Counted from the first letter of the stretch, positions 40,509 to 51,793 are shown. The stretch is DNA of 64,000 nt from Alphaproteobacteria bacterium (GCA_009694045.1 SHVY01000009.1:5088-69087); one strand, 5' to 3'. A program made the numbers and translations. Notes: generated by a model from the letters alone, not told the origin.

Positions 40509-40970
40509 ATGTTCGAAGGCGGCTGTGCCTGCGGCGCGGTGCGCTATCGCCTGGTGAGCCGGCCGCTGTTCGTCCATTGCTGTCATTGCCGCTGGTGCCA
40601 ACGGGAATCCGGCGCCGCCTTCGCGCTCAACGCCATGATCGAGGCCGATCGGGTCGTGCCGCTGCGGGGCGAGCCCGAGATCGTCATGACGCCGACCCTG
40701 AGCGGCAAGGGCCAGAAGATCGCCCGCTGCCCGACCTGCCGGATCGCCCTGTGGAGCAACTACGTCGGCGCCGGCGACCGGTTGCGCTTCGTGCGCGTCG
40801 GCACCCTCGATGAGCCGGACCGCCTGCCGCCGGACATCCATATCTTCACTACGTCGAAGCAGCCCTGGGTCCAGCTTCCGCCGGGAGTTCCCGCGGTCCC
40901 CGAGCACTACGACCGGGCAGCGTACTGGCCCGCGGAGAGCCTCGCCCGCCGCCGCGCGCTTCTTGGTTGA
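40509..40970 (+). CDS. GFA (CENP-V/GFA) family protein
   Basis: GGCACGAVRY, CHCRWCQR, CPTC, HIFT. Confidence 0.92.
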   Translation: MFEGGCACGAVRYRLVSRPLFVHCCHCRWCQRESGAAFALNAMIEADRVVPLRGEPEIVMTPTLSGKGQKIARCPTCRIALWSNYVGAGDRLRFVRVGTLDEPDRLPPDIHIFTTSKQPWVQLPPGVPAVPEHYDRAAYWPAESLARRRALLG

Positions 40971-41056
40971 TACGGGTGGTCCTCGCGTTCGACCCGTCGC
41001 CATCGGCGTAGGGGCGGGTGTACGGGCGGGTGGGGCAACAGCGACGATCGCTGGTA

Positions 41057-41614
41057 TCAGCCACGTTCCAGGCGCGCGCGCACCCGCAGCAAGAGATCGT
41101 GCAGGCGGGGATCGCGGAAGCCCATCGCCTCGAGGTGGGTGACGGTGTTCTCGAGATAGTCGTGCGCGCGCCCGCTGAGGCCTTCGCCTTGCAGGAACAG
41201 CTCGACGCTGCGTTCGACGGGCAGCCGGCCGGCGTAGTGCGCGCGATCGCGGCGGACGATGTAGGCGTGCGCCTTGACCCGCCGGGCACTCTCGCCTGGC
41301 CGATGCAGCTCGACGGTGACGAGCCGGCGCCGATAGACCTCGTGCGGAATCTCGCGGGCATCGAGGTAGGCCAGGACATCGTCCGCCGTGTTCGCCGCGA
41401 CCCGGAAGGCCACGCCGCGACAGGCCCCGCCCGGTTCGAGGCCGAGCACCAGACCGGGGCGGTCCGGCGTGCCGCGATAGTGGTAGGAGTAGACGCAGAA
41501 CGACCGGTGATAGCCCCGGAGCAGGGCCGGCACCGCCTCCTCGTGCGCGAACCCCGGCCGCCACATGAGCGAGCCGTAACCGAACACCCAGAGATCGCCG
41601 TCTTCGCCCGCCAT
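41057..41614 (-). CDS. chaC: Glutathione-specific gamma-glutamylcyclotransferase
   Basis: WVFGYGSLMWRP, RGTPDRPGLVL, YLDARE. Confidence 0.92.
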   Translation of the reverse strand: MAGEDGDLWVFGYGSLMWRPGFAHEEAVPALLRGYHRSFCVYSYHYRGTPDRPGLVLGLEPGGACRGVAFRVAANTADDVLAYLDAREIPHEVYRRRLVTVELHRPGESARRVKAHAYIVRRDRAHYAGRLPVERSVELFLQGEGLSGRAHDYLENTVTHLEAMGFRDPRLHDLLLRVRARLERG

Positions 41615-41690
41615 GGTCCTGCCCGTCGCCCGCGCTCGACCCCGCAGGCGACGGCGGCTATAACCCCCCCGTTCCAAGGTCGCAAGGTCG

Positions 41691-42707
41691 ATGCGCAAAT
41701 TTGTCTTCCCGCTCGTGCTGCTGGTCGCGGTCGCGGCCTATGTCGGGCATTGGTTCTACGTGGCGGCTCAGGTCGAGGGCGCGGTGGCGGATTGGGCCAA
41801 GGACAACCGGCGCCAGGGCCGCGACGTCCGCTACGGCGCGATCGAGACCGCCGGCTTTCCGTTCAAGCTGAGGATCGCGGTCGCCGACGTCGAGATCTCC
41901 GGGGCGCTCAAGGACATCGGCTGGACCTGGCGCGCGCCGATGCTGCGCGTTCTTCTTCGCCCCTGGGGATTCGACCGCATCCTGCTGACCCTGCCGCCGG
42001 CCCATGAACTGATCCTCGAGCAGGCGGGGCGGCGCTACGACGTGGCCATCGCCCAGGACAGCAACCAGGTCGCGATCGTGACCGATGATGGCGCGCTCGC
42101 GGTGCTCGGACTCGACGCGCTCGGCCTGCGCATGAGCGACGAGACCGGCGCCGCGTTCGCAGCCAGGACCTTGAAGGTGCGGCTGGAACGGGGCGACGAC
42201 GACGGGGACGGGGACGGGGGCGCGACGCTCGGGCTCCAGGTGGAATCCTTGCGCCTGCCCGAGGCCCCGCCGGGCTTTCCCAACGAGATTGCGTCCCTGA
42301 CGGCGATCGCCCGCCTGCTCGGCGGCATCCCGCCGGGTGAGGTCCGCGCGTCCCTCGCCACCTGGCGCGAGGCCGGTGGCACCGTCGAGACGCCACGGCT
42401 GCATCTGGTCTGGGGCGAGCTGGACGTCGAAGGCGATGGCGCGCTCGCCCTCGACGCGGCGTTTCGGCCGATCGGCGCGTTCCGCCTGAAGCTCGCGGGG
42501 TACGCCCTGATGCTCGCGGCCGGCGCCGCCACGGGCGTGCTCGAGCCGTTCGAGGCCACGGCCATCCGCGCGGCCCTGGACCTGGTCGCCAAGCCGGGCG
42601 AGGACGGCGGCCGACCGCGCGCTGAGATCGCGGTGTCGGCCCAGGATGGCGTGATCTACGTCGGACCGATCGCCGTCGGCAAGCTGGCGCCCCTGCCGCT
42701 GGACTGA
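41691..42707 (+). CDS. DUF2125 domain protein
   Basis: N-terminal TM, WF, GFPF, C-terminal GPIAVG; usual position between chaC and tyrA. Confidence 0.8.
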   Translation: MRKFVFPLVLLVAVAAYVGHWFYVAAQVEGAVADWAKDNRRQGRDVRYGAIETAGFPFKLRIAVADVEISGALKDIGWTWRAPMLRVLLRPWGFDRILLTLPPAHELILEQAGRRYDVAIAQDSNQVAIVTDDGALAVLGLDALGLRMSDETGAAFAARTLKVRLERGDDDGDGDGGATLGLQVESLRLPEAPPGFPNEIASLTAIARLLGGIPPGEVRASLATWREAGGTVETPRLHLVWGELDVEGDGALALDAAFRPIGAFRLKLAGYALMLAAGAATGVLEPFEATAIRAALDLVAKPGEDGGRPRAEIAVSAQDGVIYVGPIAVGKLAPLPLD

Positions 42708-42711
42708 GCCC

Positions 42712-43596
42712 TCAGGCCTGGCCGGCATCGATGATGCCGCGGCGCACGGCGCGGGTGCGGGTGAACAGATCCTGCAACTCGTCGGCCTCGCCCCGGCGGA
42801 TCGCCCGCTGCAGGCGCGACAGATCCTCGGTGAAACGCTGCAGCATCTGCAGCACCGCCTCGCGGTTGGTGAGGAACACGTCGCGCCACATCACCGGATC
42901 GCTAGCGGCGATGCGGGTGAAATCGCGGAACCCCGATGCGGCGAACTTGATGACCTCGCGTTGGGTTTCCTGCTCCAGGTCGGCCACCGTGCCGACGATG
43001 TTGTAGGCGATCAGATGCGGCAGGTGCGAGGTGATCGCCAACACCATGTCGTGGTGCCGCCAGTCCATCACCTCGATCATGGCGCCGGCGCGCCGCCACA
43101 GCTCGGCCACCCGCTCGACCGCGCCCGCATCCGTCGCGGCCTCGGGCGTGAGGATGCACCAGCGGCCGCGGAACAACGTGTCGAACCCCGCCTCGGGGCC
43201 GGAGTGTTCCGTGCCGGCGACCGGATGGCCCGGCACGAAGTGCACGCCGGCGGGAAGGAGCGGCGTCACGTCGGCGACGGCCGAGCCCTTGACCGATCCC
43301 ACGTCGGTGACGATGGCCCCGGGCATGAGCGCCGGCGCCATCGCCGCGGCGATGGCCCGGTAGGTGCTCATGGGCGAGGCAATCACGACGAGGTCCGCCC
43401 CCTTGACCGCCTCCGCGACCGACGTGGACGCGGTGTCGGCGAGGCCCAGCGCCAGCGCCGTGTCGAGAGTCGCCTGGGTGCGCGCGCAGGCGACGATGTG
43501 CCCCGCGAGGGAGTCGCGGCGCATGACCCGGGCCAGCGACGAGCCGATCAGGCCGATGCCGATGAAGGCCACGCGGTCGAACAGAGGGCCGCTCAC
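42712..43596 (-). CDS. tyrA: Prephenate/arogenate (cyclohexadienyl) dehydrogenase
   Basis: GIGLIGSS, DVGSVK, HPVAGTE, SHLPH, GFRDFTRIA. Confidence 0.95.
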   Translation of the reverse strand: MSGPLFDRVAFIGIGLIGSSLARVMRRDSLAGHIVACARTQATLDTALALGLADTASTSVAEAVKGADLVVIASPMSTYRAIAAAMAPALMPGAIVTDVGSVKGSAVADVTPLLPAGVHFVPGHPVAGTEHSGPEAGFDTLFRGRWCILTPEAATDAGAVERVAELWRRAGAMIEVMDWRHHDMVLAITSHLPHLIAYNIVGTVADLEQETQREVIKFAASGFRDFTRIAASDPVMWRDVFLTNREAVLQMLQRFTEDLSRLQRAIRRGEADELQDLFTRTRAVRRGIIDAGQA

Positions 43597-44684
43597 CGGC
43601 GGCTCAGGAATTCGGCCAGGGCCGCGACCAGGGCCTTGAGTTCGGGCCCGCGCCCCACGGTGATGCGCAGGCAGTCGGGCAGGCCGTAGCTTGCCACGGC
43701 GCGCACCAGGATGCGGCGCTCGGCCAGGTAGGCGGCCGCGGCAACGGCGGCGGGCGGCGGCGGGAAGCGTACCAACACGAAATTGCCGATGCTCGGATAG
43801 GTGGCGAGGCCGAGGCCATCGAGGTGGCGGCGGAGCCAGGGCAGCCAGCGATCGTTATGGGCGCGCGCCTTCCTCTCATGGTCCGGGTCGGCGAGCGTGG
43901 CCGTGGCCGCCGCGATCCCGGCGCTCGACAGGTTGAAAGGCCCGCGAATCCGGTGCAGCACGTCGATCACCGCGCGCGGCCCATAAGCCCAGCCAACCCG
44001 CAACGCGGCGAGGCCATGGATCTTCGAGAACGTGCGCAGCGTCACCACGTTGTCGTGGGCGGCGGCCAACTCCAGGCCGCTCGCGTAATCCGGGGCGCTC
44101 ACGTACTCGGCGTAGGCCGCGTCGACCACGAGCAGGACCCCGGCGGGCAGATGGCGCCGCAAGCGATCGAGCTCCTGGCCGGACAGATGGCTGCCGGTCG
44201 GATTGTTCGGGTTGGCGACAAAGACGACGCGGGTCCGCTGGTTGACGCGGGCAAGGACCCCATCGACATCGAAACGCAGGTCCGGCTCGGGCACGGCAAT
44301 CGGCGTCGCGCCGGCCGCATGCGCGGCGATCGGGTACATGACGAAGCCATGGCGGCTGTGGACGATCTCGTCACCCGGGCCGGCGAAACCCCGGGCCACG
44401 AGGCCGATTAGTTCGTCGGAGCCGGCGCCGCAGACGATCCGACCGGCGTCAAGTCCGTAGCGCCGGGCGAGCGCTGCGCGCAGGGGTGTCGACCCCGGAT
44501 CGGGATAGCGGTGCAGATCACGGCAGGCGGCGCGCGCCGCGGCGACGGCCAGACGGCTGGGGCCGAGCGGCGATTCGTTCGACGACAACAGGATAGTATC
44601 GCCCACATCGTCGACCCCGCCATCGCGGCCCGGGACATAGGGGGCGATGTCGAGAATCCCAGCACGCGGGTCGGGAGCCGGCAT
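43593..44684 (-). CDS. hisC: Histidinol-phosphate aminotransferase
   Basis: LSSNESP, NPNNPTG, DAAYAEY, RTFSKIHGLAALRVG. Confidence 0.95.
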   Translation of the reverse strand: MPAPDPRAGILDIAPYVPGRDGGVDDVGDTILLSSNESPLGPSRLAVAAARAACRDLHRYPDPGSTPLRAALARRYGLDAGRIVCGAGSDELIGLVARGFAGPGDEIVHSRHGFVMYPIAAHAAGATPIAVPEPDLRFDVDGVLARVNQRTRVVFVANPNNPTGSHLSGQELDRLRRHLPAGVLLVVDAAYAEYVSAPDYASGLELAAAHDNVVTLRTFSKIHGLAALRVGWAYGPRAVIDVLHRIRGPFNLSSAGIAAATATLADPDHERKARAHNDRWLPWLRRHLDGLGLATYPSIGNFVLVRFPPPPAAVAAAAYLAERRILVRAVASYGLPDCLRITVGRGPELKALVAALAEFLSRR

Positions 44685-44698
44685 CGGGCGTGGTCCGT

Positions 44699-45568
44699 TC
44701 AGACCGAGGAGTCGATCGGAGCAGCGTAGCCACCGAGTCCGATGACGCGGCGCACGGCCTTGCCCGCCAGGGACTGCAGCTCGGCCAGCCGTGGATCCCC
44801 CGATTCGACGAATCCCTCGATGCGGATCAGATGCAGGCGCTGATCGGGCGCGTTCGCATCCTCGGTCACCGCCATGTCCGCCGTCTTCAGGCCCGCTCGC
44901 TCGAGGATGTCGCGCAGCCGCGCCCGCGACAGCTCGAGGTCCGCCTCGACGGCCACGAGGGAAACATCGTCGCCGGTCGGCTGCAGCTCGGCCCTGGCGA
45001 TGGCCAGGGCCTTCAGGTCCTCGAACCGGCCGGCATCATTGGCGAGGAACGGCAGGCAGGCGACAATGCGCGGCGCGCCGGCCTCGCTCGCCACGAGGAA
45101 GGGCCACCACGGGTCGCTCTGGCCGTCGTTCGGCATGGCGAGCACGCCGATCGTCGCGTGTCCCTGGGCGACTTCGCGCACCACGCGCTGGGCGGATTGG
45201 TGCAGGGTCATCCGCGTGCAACTGCCGTAGTGGTCGCGCGCCAAATCCCAGTATCCGACCGACTTTTCCGGCGCGTGCACCGCGACCGAGAAGGGTCCCT
45301 GCATGCGCGTCGTGCCGGCCAGAAGTTCCCGCCACATCCGCACGAGCACGATCGCCGGAAAGGCCCCCGCGTGCTTGTCGAGGAGGCGCCGCACGATCAT
45401 CGCCTCGCGCGCGGGTCGGATGGCGATGCCGTCGGCGGAAGCCTGCCGCTTCACGGTGCCGATGGTTTCGACCACGCTGGCCCGGCGCATGATGAGATCG
45501 TGCATGGCATCGTCGATCGCGTCGATCTCGCGGCGCAGGTCGTCGAGTACGGGCGGGGGCGTCGCCAT
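44699..45568 (-). CDS. Chorismate mutase (AroQ) with C-terminal prephenate-dehydratase-like domain
   Basis: [32 protein letters not shown]. Confidence 0.9.
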   Translation of the reverse strand: MATPPPVLDDLRREIDAIDDAMHDLIMRRASVVETIGTVKRQASADGIAIRPAREAMIVRRLLDKHAGAFPAIVLVRMWRELLAGTTRMQGPFSVAVHAPEKSVGYWDLARDHYGSCTRMTLHQSAQRVVREVAQGHATIGVLAMPNDGQSDPWWPFLVASEAGAPRIVACLPFLANDAGRFEDLKALAIARAELQPTGDDVSLVAVEADLELSRARLRDILERAGLKTADMAVTEDANAPDQRLHLIRIEGFVESGDPRLAELQSLAGKAVRRVIGLGGYAAPIDSSV

Positions 45569-45637
45569 GGCGTTCAGGGGGGAGTTTGCGGGAGTTGCTA
45601 GTCCTAGCCGAGGGTCCAGGTAAAAGCAAAGAAAACA

Positions 45638-45666
45638 TTGACATAGGTGCGGGTCAAGACCTAGTG
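45638..45666 (+). promoter_or_regulatory. Putative sigma-70 promoter of metXW
   Basis: TTGACA at 45638, 17 nt spacer, CTAGTG; A-rich tract upstream. Confidence 0.45.
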
Positions 45667-45714
45667 AAGCAGGCCATGCATGGACCCTGGGTGGGCCCGT
45701 TGAGGTTGCCCCGG

Positions 45715-46893
45715 ATGCCTGCCCCGACTCACCATTCGACCGCCATCCCCGAAGGGCTCCACATGCCGGGACCGCGCGTCGTTCTGGGGCGCGGCGAACC
45801 CTTGAAACTGGATGGCGGCGGCCTGCTGGGTCCCTTCCCGGTCGCGTACCAGACCTACGGAACCCTGAACGCCGACCGCTCGAACGCCATCATGGTCTGC
45901 CACGCGCTGACAGGCGATCAGTATCTGGTCGGCCCCCACCCCGTCACCGGCAAGTCCGGCTGGTGGGAGGAGATCGTGGGTCCGGGCAAGGTGCTGGATA
46001 CCCGCCGCTTCTTCGTCATCTGCGCCAATGTCCTCGGCGGCTGCATGGGCACGGCCGGGCCGCGCGAGATCGATCCGCTGACCGGGCGCCGCTACGGGCT
46101 GAGCTTCCCCGTCATCACCATCCGCGACATGGTGCGCGCCCAGGCGCTGCTGCTCGACAACCTCGGCATCGAGCAGCTGTTCTGCGTCATCGGCGGTTCG
46201 ATGGGCGCCATGCTGGTGCTGGAGTGGGCCGCGAGCTTTCCCACCCGCGTCTTCAGCGCCGTGCCGATCGCGGGCGCGGCGCGCCATTCGGCGCAGAACA
46301 TCGCCTTCCACGAGGTTGGCCGGCAGGCGATCATGGCCGACCCCGATTGGTTGGACGGCGCTTACGAGGAGAGCGGGACGCGCCCGGAGCGGGGTCTGGC
46401 CGTCGCGCGCATGGCGGCGCACATCACCTACCTGTCGGAGGCGGCGCTGCACCGCAAGTTCGGCCGGACCCTGCAGGATCGCGACCGGGTGTCGTACGGT
46501 TTCGGCGCCGATTTTCAGGTCGAGAGCTACCTGCGCCATCAGGGCAGCAGCTTCGTCGACCGATTCGACGCCAACTCCTACCTCTACATCACCCGCGCCA
46601 TGGACTACTTCGATCTCGCCGCCGAGCATCAGGGCACCGTGTGGCGTGCCTTCCAGGGAACCCGTACCCGCTACTGCGTGGTTTCGTTCTCGAGCGACTG
46701 GTTGTTCCCGACCCGGGAGAGCCGCGAGGTCGTCCGCGCCCTGAACGCCGCCGGTGCCAACGTGAGCTTCGTCGAGATCCAATCGGACAAGGGGCATGAC
46801 GCCTTCCTGCTCGACGAGCCCGAGTTCCACGCCACCCTGACCGGGTTCCTCGAGGGGGCCGCCGAACTTCGCGGTTTCGGACCCGGCGGATGA
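45715..46893 (+). CDS. metX: Homoserine O-acetyltransferase
   Basis: [31 protein letters not shown]; start ATG 45715 or 45763. Confidence 0.95.
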   Translation: MPAPTHHSTAIPEGLHMPGPRVVLGRGEPLKLDGGGLLGPFPVAYQTYGTLNADRSNAIMVCHALTGDQYLVGPHPVTGKSGWWEEIVGPGKVLDTRRFFVICANVLGGCMGTAGPREIDPLTGRRYGLSFPVITIRDMVRAQALLLDNLGIEQLFCVIGGSMGAMLVLEWAASFPTRVFSAVPIAGAARHSAQNIAFHEVGRQAIMADPDWLDGAYEESGTRPERGLAVARMAAHITYLSEAALHRKFGRTLQDRDRVSYGFGADFQVESYLRHQGSSFVDRFDANSYLYITRAMDYFDLAAEHQGTVWRAFQGTRTRYCVVSFSSDWLFPTRESREVVRALNAAGANVSFVEIQSDKGHDAFLLDEPEFHATLTGFLEGAAELRGFGPGG

Positions 46894-47735
46894 CGGCGGC
46901 GCCAACTCCCTTGCGGCGCGACCTGGCGGTGGTCGCCGGCATGGTGACGGCGGGTGCCCGCGTGCTCGACGTCGGCTGCGGCAAGGGATCGCTTCTCGAG
47001 CTGCTCGGCCGGGAAAAGGGAGTCGACGCGCGTGGCATCGAGCTGAAGCAGTCCCGGGTCGCCGCGGCGGTCGCCCGGGGACTGTCCGTCATTCAGGGCG
47101 ACGCGGACACCGACCTGGCCGACTATCCCGATGGCGCGTTCGACTTCGTGATCCTGAGCCAGACCTTGCACGCCGTGCGGCGGCCGCTCGACGTTCTCAA
47201 GCAGATGCTGCGGATCGGCGCCAACGCGATCGTGTCGTTTCCGAACGTCGCGGTCTGGCCCGCGCGGATTCGCTTTCTCGTGGAGGGGCGGGCGCCGCTG
47301 CCACAGACGACCGAGGAACCGTGGTACGCCTCGGGCAGCATCCATCCCTGCTCGATCGCCGACTTCCTCGAATTGTGCCACGCCCATGACGTCGAGATCG
47401 TGCAGGGCCAGGCCCTGATGCGCGGGGGTCGGGTCCGGCCGGTGGGACCGCTGGCGAACCTGCTGGCCGAACAGGCGGTGTTTCTCCTCAAGATCGCGCG
47501 ATCTTGGGGGAGCGGGCCGCCGGCAGCGGCAGCGCGATGCGGCGGCGAAACCGTCGCAAACTCGCCGTCGCCTGGGTCGGCGCGTAGATCTGCTTCGCCG
47601 ACTCGATCAGGATCACGCCCGGAAACGGCAACCCCCAGCGCTCGCCGAATCGCTCCCACGTGCCCGCGGCCCGCAGCGTCAGCCGCAGGTTCGACGGCGG
47701 AACATAGAGGGCCGCCGTCGACTTCAGGGGCGTGA
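46890..47735 (+). CDS. metW: Methionine biosynthesis protein MetW with about 80-aa read-through extension
   Basis: [27 protein letters not shown]; coupled to metX; homology appears to end near 47490. Confidence 0.85.
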   Translation: MTAAPTPLRRDLAVVAGMVTAGARVLDVGCGKGSLLELLGREKGVDARGIELKQSRVAAAVARGLSVIQGDADTDLADYPDGAFDFVILSQTLHAVRRPLDVLKQMLRIGANAIVSFPNVAVWPARIRFLVEGRAPLPQTTEEPWYASGSIHPCSIADFLELCHAHDVEIVQGQALMRGGRVRPVGPLANLLAEQAVFLLKIARSWGSGPPAAAARCGGETVANSPSPGSARRSASPTRSGSRPETATPSARRIAPTCPRPAASAAGSTAEHRGPPSTSGA

Positions 47736-48234
47736 AGAGGCTGTCGCGCAGCAGGTGGTTGAGTTGTGATTCGCTGAACGGGTGGCCATGGGCGAAGGGG
47801 TTGTTTTCGAACCGCGCCCAGATGCCGCGACGGTTCGGCGCGACGACCAGCAGCCGGCCGCCGCCGGTCATCACCCGCCAGACCTCGCGCAGCATGGGCC
47901 GCAGGGCCTCGCTCGCCTCGATGGCGTGAACCAGCAGCACCCGATCGAACGATTCGTCGGCGAACGGCAACTCGGACTCGTCCGCCAGCGCGACCAGCGA
48001 TGGTCCGTCGCTCGGCCAGGGGATGACACCCTGGGCCGCCGGCATGACGGCCACCTGGCGCCGAGGCTCGTCGCCGAACAGCCGCAGATAGGGGGTAGGA
48101 AAGCCGATGCCGAGGAGCGCGAGGCCCGCGAGGTTCGGCCAGTGCTCGCGCAGCCGGTTGCGGATCTGGCGCCGCGCCACCTGGCCGAGGAAGGTATTGT
48201 AAAAGGCGTTGAGGTCGACGACATCCTGGTACAT
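47488..48234 (-). CDS. Class I SAM-dependent methyltransferase (type 11)
   Basis: MYQDVVDLNAFY, GIGFPTPYL, LPFADESFDR, PNRRGIWAR; divergent from gloB. Confidence 0.88.
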   Translation of the reverse strand: MYQDVVDLNAFYNTFLGQVARRQIRNRLREHWPNLAGLALLGIGFPTPYLRLFGDEPRRQVAVMPAAQGVIPWPSDGPSLVALADESELPFADESFDRVLLVHAIEASEALRPMLREVWRVMTGGGRLLVVAPNRRGIWARFENNPFAHGHPFSESQLNHLLRDSLFTPLKSTAALYVPPSNLRLTLRAAGTWERFGERWGLPFPGVILIESAKQIYAPTQATASLRRFRRRIALPLPAARSPKIARS

Positions 48235-48267
48235 CGTCGCTGCAGAATAGCACGGCGGTTGGGGTTC

Positions 48268-49038
48268 ATGGCGCGACTCGAGGTCGTTCAGCTCCCGGTC
48301 CTGAAGGACAACTACGTCTATCTGGTCCGGGAACCCGCGACCGGCGCGGTGGGCGTGGTCGATCCGGCCGTGGTCGAGCCCGTGATCGGCGCGCTGCGCG
48401 AGCGCGACTGGCAGCTCACCCACATCCTCAACACCCACCACCATGGCGATCATGTCGGCGGCAACCTGGAGCTGAAGCGCCTGACCGGCTGCACCATCGT
48501 CGGGCCGCGGCACGACCGCGAACGCATCCCCGGAATCGACGTCGAGGTCGGCGATGGCGACACCTACCGGTTCGGCGGGGCGGAGGCGCGGGTGTTCTTC
48601 GTCCCCGGTCATACCCGCGGCCACATCGCCTATTGGTTCGCGGAATCCGACGCCCTGTTCTGCGGCGATACCCTGTTCGCGCTCGGCTGCGGCCGCCTGT
48701 TCGAGGGCACGCCGCAACAGATGTGGTCGAGCCTGTCGCGCATCCGCGCCCTGCCCGAGGCGACCAGGGTCTATTGCGCCCACGAGTACACCCAGGCGAA
48801 CGCGCGCTTCGCGCTCACGATCGAGCCGGGGAACCGGGCGCTCGCCGAACGGTCGAAGGCGGTGGACGCGGCGCGCGCCGAGGGGCGGCCGACGGTCCCC
48901 TCGACGATCGGCGAAGAATGTCTGAGCAACCCTTTCCTGCGACCCGAGAGCCCGGAGATCCGCCGGCGCCTCGGGCTCGACCACGCCGACGATACCGCCG
49001 TCTTCGCCGAGGTACGGCGCCGCAAGGACAACTTCTGA
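48268..49038 (+). CDS. gloB: Hydroxyacylglutathione hydrolase (glyoxalase II)
   Basis: DNYVYL, THHHGDHVGG, GHTRGH, GDTLF, CAHEYT, RRRKDNF. Confidence 0.96.
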   Translation: MARLEVVQLPVLKDNYVYLVREPATGAVGVVDPAVVEPVIGALRERDWQLTHILNTHHHGDHVGGNLELKRLTGCTIVGPRHDRERIPGIDVEVGDGDTYRFGGAEARVFFVPGHTRGHIAYWFAESDALFCGDTLFALGCGRLFEGTPQQMWSSLSRIRALPEATRVYCAHEYTQANARFALTIEPGNRALAERSKAVDAARAEGRPTVPSTIGEECLSNPFLRPESPEIRRRLGLDHADDTAVFAEVRRRKDNF

Positions 49039-49050
49039 GGAGAAATTACC

Positions 49051-49665
49051 ATGAAGCTGCGCTATTCCATGACCTCGCCTTACGTTCGCAAGGTCGTCGT
49101 CACCGCCGCGGAGAAGGGGCTGAGCGACAAGATCAAGCTGGTTCCCACCAACACGCGCGACGCGAATTCGGGGCTCGAGAAGGACAATCCGCTCGGCAAG
49201 GTGCCGGCGCTGATCACCGACGACGGTGAATCGCTGTACGACAGCCCGGTGATCTGCGAGTACCTGGACGGACAGGCAAAGGGCCGGCGGCTGATCCCGG
49301 CGCGGGGACCCAAGCGGTTCAAGGTGCTGAAGCTCCAGGCGCTCGGCGACGGCATGCTCGACGCGGCGGTCGCCGTCATGATGGAGAAGCGGTTCCGCCC
49401 GCCCGAAAAACTGCACCAGCCCGACATCGACCGGCAGATGGGCAAGATCACCAACGGCCTGGACGCGCTCGACGCGATGATCGCGGCGAAGGAGTTGGGC
49501 CGCGCGCCGACCATCGGGTCGATCGCGGTCGGCTGCGCCCTAGGCTATCTGGATTTCCGGTTCCCGGATCTGAAGTGGCGCCGCGGCCGGCCGAAGCTCA
49601 CCCGCTGGTTCAAGGGCTTCGCCAAACGGCCCTCGATGGCCGGCTCGGAGCCCAAGGACGCTTAG
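49051..49665 (+). CDS. Glutathione S-transferase family protein
   Basis: SPYVRKV, NPLGKVPAL, DSPVICEYLD, YLDFRF. Confidence 0.92.
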   Translation: MKLRYSMTSPYVRKVVVTAAEKGLSDKIKLVPTNTRDANSGLEKDNPLGKVPALITDDGESLYDSPVICEYLDGQAKGRRLIPARGPKRFKVLKLQALGDGMLDAAVAVMMEKRFRPPEKLHQPDIDRQMGKITNGLDALDAMIAAKELGRAPTIGSIAVGCALGYLDFRFPDLKWRRGRPKLTRWFKGFAKRPSMAGSEPKDA

Positions 49666-49735
49666 GTTCGAACCCGGGGCCGAATCCCGCGCTCCTCTCG
49701 CTCCGCCGGCGCGATGAGCGCGGGGGACGGCAGCC

Positions 49736-51793
49736 ATGAACCGCACCTCTGCCCCTCAAGCGACGCCCGTGTCTGCGCCCGCGGGGGGCGCCTTGCATGC
49801 CTACCGGCCGGACATCGACGGGCTGCGGGCCATTGCGGTCCTGGTCGTCGTCCTGTTCCACGGCAAGCTGGGGCCGTTCAGCGGCGGGTTCATCGGCGTC
49901 GATGTCTTCTTCGTCATCTCCGGCTTCCTCATCACCCAAATCATCAGCGAGGAGATCCGCGCCGGAACCTTCACGATAGCGGGGTTCTACGAGCGGCGGA
50001 TCCGCCGCATTTCCCCCCCCTCGTCGTCGTCCTCCTCGTAACCTTCGCGCTGGGTTGCTGGATCCTGCTGCCTGACGAGCTCATGGATATGGGGGAATCG
50101 GGGGCGGCAACCACCCTCTTCGCCTCGAACATCTACTTCACCTACAAGTTCGGCTACTTCGACAGCAGCGCGGAGATCCGGCCGCTGCTCCACACCTGGT
50201 CGCTGGCCGTCGAGGAGCAGTTCTATATCGTCTATCCGATCGCGCTGGTGCTGTTCAACAGGCACGCTCGGCGCCGGCTCCTTCCGCTCCTCGGTGCCGG
50301 GCTTCTCGTGTCGCTGGGCATCGGCGTTTGGTGGACCGTGCGCTACCCGACGCCCGCCTTCTATCTCGCGCCGGCGCGCGGCTGGGAGCTGCTGATGGGT
50401 GCGCTGCTCGCGCTCGGCACCCTCTCCTGTCCGCCCAAGAGCCTTATGCGCGACGCCGCCGGGCTGGCCGGGCTGGGTCTGATGGGCTGGAGCTTCCTCG
50501 CCTACACCGAGCAGACCGAGTTCCCCGGCGTGGCAGCCCTGGTGCCCTGCCTTGGGGCCGCGCTGGTCATCTATGCCGGCACCGGCGGGACATCCGTCGT
50601 CACCCGGGCGCTCGCGTTCCGGCCCTTGGTGTTCATCGGCCTGATCTCCTATTCGCTCTATCTCTGGCACTGGACCCTGCTCGCCCTAGCCAGGGAGGCA
50701 ACCGCCCGGCCATTGCTGTCGCCGCTCACGACCGTCGTGGTGCTGGCCGCGAGCTTCGCGGCGGCCACGCTGTCCTGGCGTTACGTGGAGCGGCCGTTCA
50801 GGGACCGGCGGCGGTACACGCGATCGACGGTGTTCCGCCTGGGCGGCGCGAGCATGGCGGGCGTCCTCGCCCTTTGCCTCCTGGCCACCACCGGCGATGG
50901 CTGGAGCCTGCGATTCTCTCCATCGGTGCGAAAACATCCTCGCCGCGCGGGAGGACTACGACCACGAGGCCCGGGAGTGCATGCGGAAGCCGTTGGCGTC
51001 GGTCAACGCGGGCCGGCTCTGCGTCTATGGCACCGCTGGGCTCGCGCCGACGGCGGTTCTCTGGGGCGATTCGCACGCGGCCGCTCTGGTGCCGGCCGTC
51101 GCCATCGCCGCCGAGGGCGCCGGGCGGGCCGTGCTCTTCGCGGGCAACACCGGATGCCCGCCCCTCGTCGGCATCACGGTTCGCTCGCACGGACGGCGCT
51201 CGACCGACTGCCTCGCCTACAACGCGGCCGTGCTGAGCCAAGTCCTAGCCAACCCGGCGATCGATACGGTCATCCTCGCGGCGCGATGGGCCGTGGCGAG
51301 CGAGGCGACGCGGTACGGCTACGAATCGGACGATCTCTTCGTCATCGCCGACGAGCAGGCGCCGGAGGTCGCGCCCACCACCAACCGGGCCGTGTTCCGC
51401 CGCGCCCTCGATCGCACGCTCGAGGCCTTGAGGGGCGCCGGCAAGCGCGTCGTGATTGTGGGCCCCGTGCCCGAGATCGGCATGGACGTGCCAAAGGCGC
51501 TCGCCATCGCGCCGACAGGGGAAGGGCAGATCGAGAGCGCACCGACGACGGCCGCGTTCCTCGAACGTCAGTCGTTCGTGTTGGCTTCCTTTCGCGACGC
51601 GGCAGCGGCCAGCGGGTCGGGGTTGATCCTGCCGCACGAGGCGCTCTGCGACGCGGAGCGCTGCGACGTGGAGCGGGAAGGCCGCATCCTCTACTCCGAC
51701 GACGACCACATCTCGTACGCCGGCATCGCCGTCGTTCAGCCCCTCTTCGCAGGGCTTTTCTCGGCAACGGGTGCAGGCACCGCCAGCCAGTGA
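49736..51793 (+). pseudogene. Acyltransferase-3 + SGNH O-acyltransferase (OafA/OatA-like) with two compensating frameshifts
   Basis: [59 protein letters not shown] spread over three segments; shifts at T3C8 (50010-50020) and A4 (50931-50934). Confidence 0.85.

Noticed and set aside
45569-45760. SAM-II/SAM-alpha riboswitch expected upstream of metX
   Set aside because: I could not find the conserved GATTT...GCTAAA-type pseudoknot elements; only a promoter-like TTGACA is visible
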